From Raja brachyura (taxonomy: Eukaryota), in NCBI GenBank assembly GCA_963514005.1, contig OY740813.1, positions 9,672,001-9,736,000 on the forward strand: a stretch of DNA of 64,000 nt, given 5' to 3'. The notes below the pieces were generated by a model. It worked only from the letters and a program-made list of their open reading frames with translations, made no database searches and was not told the origin of the DNA. The position numbers and the translations under genes are program-made. Of the stretch, positions 58,001 through 64,000 are shown piece by piece (the first letter of the stretch is position 1; each line of letters starts with the position of its first letter).

Positions 58001-61000
58001 TAATTTTGAGGTGAAGGGGGGGGGGGGGGGGGAGAGAGAAAGGAACAAGCTTTTCCACAGAGGGTGATGAGTATGTGGAATGAACTGCCAGAAGAAATAA
58101 TAGAAGCAGGTACAATTATAATTTTTCAAAGGCATTTAGACAGATGCATGGATAGAAAAGGTTTAGAGGGAATGTGTAGGAAGGAACTGAAGATGCTTGT
58201 TTAAACCACAGATAAGACACAAAAAGCAGGAGTAACTCAGCAGGTCAGACAGCATCTCTGGAGAAAAGGAATAGGTGATGTTTTAGGTTGAGGAGTGTCT
58301 CGATCTGAAACGTCACCTATTCATTTTCTCCAGAGATGCTGTCTGACCCGCTGAGTTACTCCAGCTTATTGTGTCCATCTAAAGGTTTAGAGGGATATGG
58401 ACCAAATACGGCAAATGGGACTAGTTCAGGTAGGCAAATGGGTCAGCATGGGCGAGTTGGGCCAAAACTTACATTCCATGCTGAGTTTGTTTATGATTAC
58501 CATGCTACCATGTTAACTGTTAATTTCCTAACTAAATGACCTTTATGTGTTTCTTCTCCCTCTTATGAGGGAATTTTAAAAAAAAAAGCAATCCCCACAA
58601 TTTTTTAGTCCTCTTTCTCAGTAGCTTTCAATCTCCAAATAAGCTATCCTTTCAGCAGTACCATGTCACACGACTGCCAAACTTTGTGATTCATAACCTC
58701 CAATCTGTTCAGAGTTTCGGAAATTTGTTTCAATTACCCCGATTGAGTATTTATCAATTTTAGTCTGATAGTCTTCATTATTTTAGAGCTGCATTTTATC
58801 ACTGCAATTCCTTTGCATCCTGGAAAAAAATATGAATTGACGATTCCTACCAAATAATTTGCTAATCTAGACTAACCGCTACTCATCTCGCAACATCTTA
58901 ATTTTAAAATCCTTTCATCTCTTCCATCCTTCCCATTTATGCAATAGACTCCTGCTCTGTCTGCCTGGGACTTTAAGCTCTTGCACATACCCTATTTTCT
59001 TCACACTGGCAATGATTGCTATTTTGTCCATTCTCTGGCTCCCAATTTATAAAAATCCTTCTCTAAACTTTTGTTTCTACCCTCATTTAAGATACTCTTT
59101 AAAATCTCCTTCATAAGGTGTTTGGTCATCTGCCCTTGCCTCATTTTATAGTTGGTATCAAACTTTGATAATGTGGTAAAAAGCCTTTAGTACATTAGCA
59201 ATACTGTACAAATGAGTACCTGTAGTAACACATTAAAACAAAATTGATCTTCCATGACAAATGATTTCATTAGAGTTGTAAAGATTAACTACATAAAAAC
59301 AGTAATAGAACAGTTAAAGATATAGCTTCATCATCCATATTGTATTGAATAACAATTATTAAACATGACGGAATGAGGAATTGCAAGCCGTTCTGACAGC
59401 ATATTGACAAACCTGAGAATCACTATCACTTAAGCTACCAGAATCGCAGTCGTCACCCTCGGTCATTCCTTCTTCATCATCTTCATCAAAGCAACCAACT
59501 GCATCAACCGTAATCATGTCCTCTGGATCATCTTGTCCAGCTTGATCTTTATCCAGGGAGCTGCGCTGCAGCTTAACCTGGCAACAAATGCAATTTAACA
59601 ATGTACAATTACACAGGGTGATGAACATAAAGAAGTGGTATACCTGCCTAAATCTCAAATGTGTATATTTCCTGAATACCTTACTCAAGTAGCAACCCGC
59701 CCATCCTTCTTGTCCTTCCAACTCTCAATTATGTGGCTTAGATAGTACCAGTTTTTAAATGAATTGTCCATATTTGGACTTTGCATTAGCAATTGACACT
59801 ACCTACGTATGGAAAAGTCAAGAGATGAGGTTCATCAACACAAATGCAAAATTTTGAAATGTTTGGATGCTTCCGCCTTGGGACAGGAGGAAGAAGAAGA
59901 GGGAGCAAAGGAGAAACCCTTGGATGTGTCCAGAGATACCAGAATGAGTTACGAAAAATCACTGGTGGAGACACTCTCCTATAAGATAATTGTTTTGATA
60001 TTTTTAATGTACCAATGATATAGGGACATGAATATAAATGTAACTGTTGCAAAAGATTTTAAAGACAATCAATTAAATTTGTGATCAAAATCTTGCAACA
60101 TGAATCAAGGCGAGCATTTATCTATCATTGCATAAATCATTAAATTATAATCAATAAATTATTTATTAATACCAATACAAAATGGATTGGTGCATTCTTT
60201 CCAAATAGTTAGACCTACTCAGCCAAAACATGCCTGTTGATCTTGGGGTCAGAAGGAAATGTACATAATTTCTATCTTTTAAGCAGGAGAAAAGAGCATT
60301 GTTTAAAAAGATTATAACAAGAGTCATTGAGCAACACAAAATATAAACAGGTCCATCACCCCTGCAATCAAACTGCAGACTGTTAATTACTCATATTTCA
60401 GTAATGCTAAATTAATCTCATTTTTAAAAATGTTCTAAGCATTCTCTTCAACACCCCCAGATACTACACATCTCCACACTAGAGGCAAATTACAGTGTGG
60501 GGTCTAGGAGGAAACCAAAGAACTTGGAAGAAATCTATGCAGTCACAGTGAAAATGTGCAAATTCCATACAAACAGCACTTGATTATGATTGAAATCTGC
60601 CTTTTGGGCTCCGAGTCAGTTGAATGCAATACTTTTCAGCTTTAACATCCATTTGACCATGCAAATAAGAATGTAGGTCTATTAAAAGAATGCGTTGCAC
60701 ATAAATATTAGCCTACTCTGGGTATGGAGTTGAACACACAACTTTCTAAAGCTGACAAAACCAAGTCCAAGTGCAAAAGTGGGATCCTAAAGAACATATC
60801 CAAATGAAGACATTTTTCAGATAGGTATCTCAATGGTCTCTATGCAAGTCATGGATAACAGTCCAATCGTCACAAAGCACCTTGGTCATTGCCTTTACAC
60901 TTGTCCTAAGACAGCAAAACCTCAAATTGAAAATCCTCGTTGTTCAAGTGACTTCATAATGTTGGTCCTCCTAATTATGTGCAATCTCAATTACTCCTAC

Positions 61001-63642
61001 ATCCATTCAAGAACTCCCTGCTTCCTTAATGCCAGCTTCTTGCACATGCCTGATTTTGCACCCAGTCTCTGCCAATCTGTTTTTCCACTCATCCAAGCTC
61101 TGAAACATCCATAATAAACTATAACACTATTATTTTTTACGCTAAATTATAAAACTCACTTCTTAGACGTCACTTGTTCAGCTGTTCTAACATCATCTTG
61201 TGTCTCATTGGTAAAAATGTATTCAATAACACAATTGTGAAGCCCCATTTCAGTTTCAATACATTGAAGGTTCCGTATAAATGTTGCCATTGAAAGCTGT
61301 AATTCATCTGCACTGCTCTAGGACACAGGAATAGCTATTCCAAATGCATGAAAGTAAATTGACCTAAAAATGTCCCACAAATCCCACTATGGAAACAAGT
61401 GAAAAGCTTAGAAAAAAAGGTTAGTGTACCTCTTCCACTTTCTGCTTGTGTTCTGGCGACTTCATGTGCTCCACAAACTTGCGGGGGGTTTTGAAATGTC
61501 TGCTGCAAACTGTGCAGAAAGGCCGCAGAGAGTACTTAGAAAGCTAGTGAGAAACAGAGAACATAAATAACGTAGCTGCAGCATGGGACGGGATTTGCCT
61601 AGTGGTTTCTTTTTTTTTTTTTTAAATGGAGCACAAAAGAAACTGAGTGCCCGTTTCTTGATTATTATACTATTCACATCGTTTTGGCTGGGGCTACATC
61701 CATCTCGAAATTAAAGATAGTAGTGCATGCACCACTACACCGACAACCCGGAAAGAATATACACAAATAGTGTAGAGCAAATTTCAAAACAACGTATGGG
61801 CAGTCAAATATTTTTGTACAGCTGGGCATTATGACATGATGAAAATAAAAGTCCTTCAGCTGTGACTTCCCTTGCCCAAGTGACCTTCTGACTTATACAG
61901 ATTCCAGTACCACTACAATCAGTCTGAAGGGTCTCGACCCGAATCATCGCCTTACATGTTCCCCAGAGCTGCTACCTAATTTGCTGATTTACTTCAGTAC
62001 TTTGTGCTTTGTTTTTTCCAGTACTACACACAAGTGTGAGCATCAAATCCAACAGCAATATCATCATTTTCAAAGTAGGAGGCTTTTTAACAAATCATTT
62101 TGCAATTCTAACAGGATAGCGTATTACAGCATGGAAACAGGCCATTCAGACCATCATGCCCATACCAACCAGTGGGGAGCCATCCCTATTAATCCCATCT
62201 TTCAGCATTTGGCCCATCGCCTTAAATGCCTAGGCGGTTGAAGGGCTTGTGTGGACACTTCTTAAGTGCCGTCAGTGACCATTTTCAGCATTCTATCAGG
62301 CAGTGCAACCCAAGCACTCATCCTCTTTCGCAGAAAGCTTCTCCTCAGATTCCCTCCAAATCTCTTACCCCTTACCCTAAACTGCATCTTCTAGATTTGT
62401 TCACCTTTGATAAGGAAAACTTATTGAACATCCCCGTGACTTGTGTGAGTTTTCTCGGGGAGCTCCGGACTCCTCCCACACTCCAAAAACGTATAGGTTT
62501 GTGGGCTAATTGTAAATAGTAAATTGTCCCTAGTGTGTGTAGGATAGTGTTGTGTACAGGGATCCCTGGTTGACACAGACTTAGTGGGCCAAAGGGCCTG
62601 TTTCTGCAGTGTATCTCTAGACTGTCAATCCATTATGGGTACTGACCTCCAGCTACAGGGATCTACAAGCATCGTATCGTCAAGGAGGCAGGTAGCATCG
62701 GAGACTCAGACCACCCTGGCCACACTCCCATTTCACTCCTGCCATTATTATTTGTCATGGTATTTACATAAAACCATGTTTACATATCTGTAGTGCTGCT
62801 GCAAGTAAGAATTTCATTGTTCTGTTTTGAGACAAACGACAATAGAACTTTCTTGACTTGACTCATGATGATGCAAGCCAAAATGTTTTGAGGATATTTT
62901 GTTATAGTAAAAAATATTTAAGCATATTTAAACAAAAGCAAGAAAGAAAATGCTTTAAATGCATAAGATTCGTTAAGACCTGAAATGTTAGTCCAAAGCT
63001 TCAGAGGAGCTCTCAGTATTCAAAAGGAAAACTAACTTTTCACTTGAAGACACTCATCAAATGGAGGTACAACACAAGCAATATCTGTGGAAAGATTCTC
63101 TGTCTACCTTGTGCGTCTGTGTCCTGCGGTGTTCAATTGTATTCCCTCTGAAATGACCCTGGCAGGTACTGCACCATCTAGGTCGTTTTTTGTCACTGTA
63201 AAGCAAGAAAGAGTTACTTGGAACTGGCTGGGGTATCCAATCCTCAGATTTTACCTGATCTCACCTTCCAAAAATTGCTCCAGTGGGGAGTGTTTGGAAT
63301 ATTTAGGGAATGGTAGATAAATACAGGATAGAAAATTAAAATTATACTTGCAAGATTCAAAAGTGAGGTAGAAAGAGGCTTCGGAATATAAAACTATAAT
63401 CTGTTTGTGCTGACCATTATACATAATTCAACACTTAAGAGATTTCTTTCTGTAGCGATTTTAATGTCAAGTGTTTCAAAGCGCTCCAAATTATCAATCT
63501 CCAGCAATTGTACTCACCTTTCTCTGCTTCTTCCCACTGAGCTTGTCGCTGGAATTAACGTGGACAGACAAGCATTACTCATCTGCTGAATCTCCAAGAG
63601 TCTCTGATGATGGCGTGTCCCAATCATGTGCTTCTGAAAGTT
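51103..63642 (-). CDS. CIZ1: CDKN1A-interacting zinc finger protein 1, 3' seven exons (5' part outside window)
   Basis: Exons 63518-63642, 63108-63195, 61430-61543, 59413-59577, 57844-57895, 54818-54939, 51103-52089, GT-AG and in phase. Motifs RWCSTCQ...EHRRTQTHK, LRPFCTVCSRHFKTPRKFVEHMKS, ITVDAVGCF plus acidic tract, matrin-type CKLCHKFYHSE...HCKSLMH. Adjacent to BBLN as in human. Confidence 0.92.
51385..51912. repeat. Two tandem 264-bp (88-aa) units in the CIZ1 last exon
   Basis: gactcacatttgtcag at 51386 and 51650; peptide SCEAE...CSPLQKLQPEN...MPDVKFD...DKCES repeated. Confidence 0.95.
54818..54939 (-). CDS. CIZ1: CIZ1 matrin-type zinc-finger (MH3) exon
   Basis: GQEYVVPVTGFLCKLCHKFYHSESTARFTHCKSLMHFQNFQ; ccacag acceptor, gtgaga donor. 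Confidence 0.93.
57844..57895 (-). CDS. CIZ1: CIZ1 small exon (TLMPEYRKEPYDTETVY)
   Basis: tttag acceptor, gtgagt donor; phase 0/1 links the flanking exons. Confidence 0.82.
57980..58490 (+). mobile_element. CR1 3' fragment interrupted by a fold-back PLE mini-element (58172-58380)
   Basis: CR1-like tttccacagagggtg...tggaatgaactgccaga; perfect 15-bp TSD aaaggtttagaggga at 58157 and 58381. Confidence 0.75.
59413..59577 (-). CDS. CIZ1: CIZ1 acidic-domain exon (…MITVDAVGCFDEDDEE…)
   Basis: tgccag acceptor, gtttgt donor. Confidence 0.92.
61430..61543 (-). CDS. CIZ1: CIZ1 zinc-finger exon (LSKYSLRPFCTVCSRHFKTPRKFVEHMKSPEHKQKVEE)
   Basis: cactag acceptor, gtacac donor. Confidence 0.93.
62430..62620 (+). 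mobile_element. V-SINE 3' part
   Basis: ctcccacactccaaa...aattgtccctagtgtg. Confidence 0.7.
63108..63195 (-). CDS. CIZ1: CIZ1 zinc-finger exon (DKKRPRWCSTCQGHFRGNTIEHRRTQTHK)
   Basis: ttacag acceptor, gtagac donor. Confidence 0.9.
63518..63642 (-). CDS. CIZ1: CIZ1 exon (NFQKHMIGTRHHQRLLEIQQMSNACLSTLIP...)
   Basis: ttcaaag acceptor, gtgagt donor. Confidence 0.85.
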
Positions 63643-64000
63643 CTTTGAAAGAAAAAAGTAAATTGAGACATTAACAATTTTTTAACCAAATATGCAAAAT
63701 CCTAGCAATACTGGACAGGATCATAAGTTTTCTTCAGAGGCAAGATTTACATCTACTTTGAGCGCATTTCTGCATCCGTCATCCAACGGATATGGCGAGA
63801 ATTTGTCAAGCGCCTTTCTCGAATGCTTACCTTGACAATAACTTGACAAGTCTTGCTGATAGGGCATTCCATAAGACACGTGGAGTCTTTGCTGTAATAT
63901 GCATTTCTCCTTCACTTGTTGCATTATACAATTTCTAAGATATATCTAAGACAGGTTCTGGGCACCAGGTTATGGGAAACATATTGTCAAGCTTGAAAGG

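Overview
Vertebrate genomic DNA, most likely a cartilaginous fish (skate/ray/shark; inferred from HE1-like V-SINEs, CR1 LINEs and abundant Penelope-like elements). I assembled four spliced genes from GT-AG-bounded, phase-consistent exons whose translations I recognise by recalled similarity to human proteins (no database search run): ODF2/cenexin (minus, 18 coding exons, last exon left of the window), PTGES2 (minus, 7 exons, complete, 380 aa), BBLN/C9orf16 (plus, 2 exons, complete, 82 aa) and the 3' part of CIZ1 (minus, 7 exons). The most striking non-genic signal is a Penelope-like element (PLE) system. Many copies carry a minimal hammerhead-ribozyme-like core (CTGAAGA-A-GGGTC-TC-GACCC-GAAA-CGTC). 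Several copies inserted as asymmetric fold-back hairpins (about 0.2 to 2.1 kb) flanked by 10-15 bp target-site duplications, and the largest lies about 60 bp from the putative ODF2 promoter. Other oddities: a frame-preserving duplicate of an ODF2 exon inside an ODF2 intron, a candidate 41-codon alternative ODF2 N-terminal exon, an 88-aa tandem duplication in a long CIZ1 terminal exon, an internally deleted CR1 that kept its esterase ORF1, and triple-nested TE insertions. Repeat boundaries are approximate unless a TSD is quoted.
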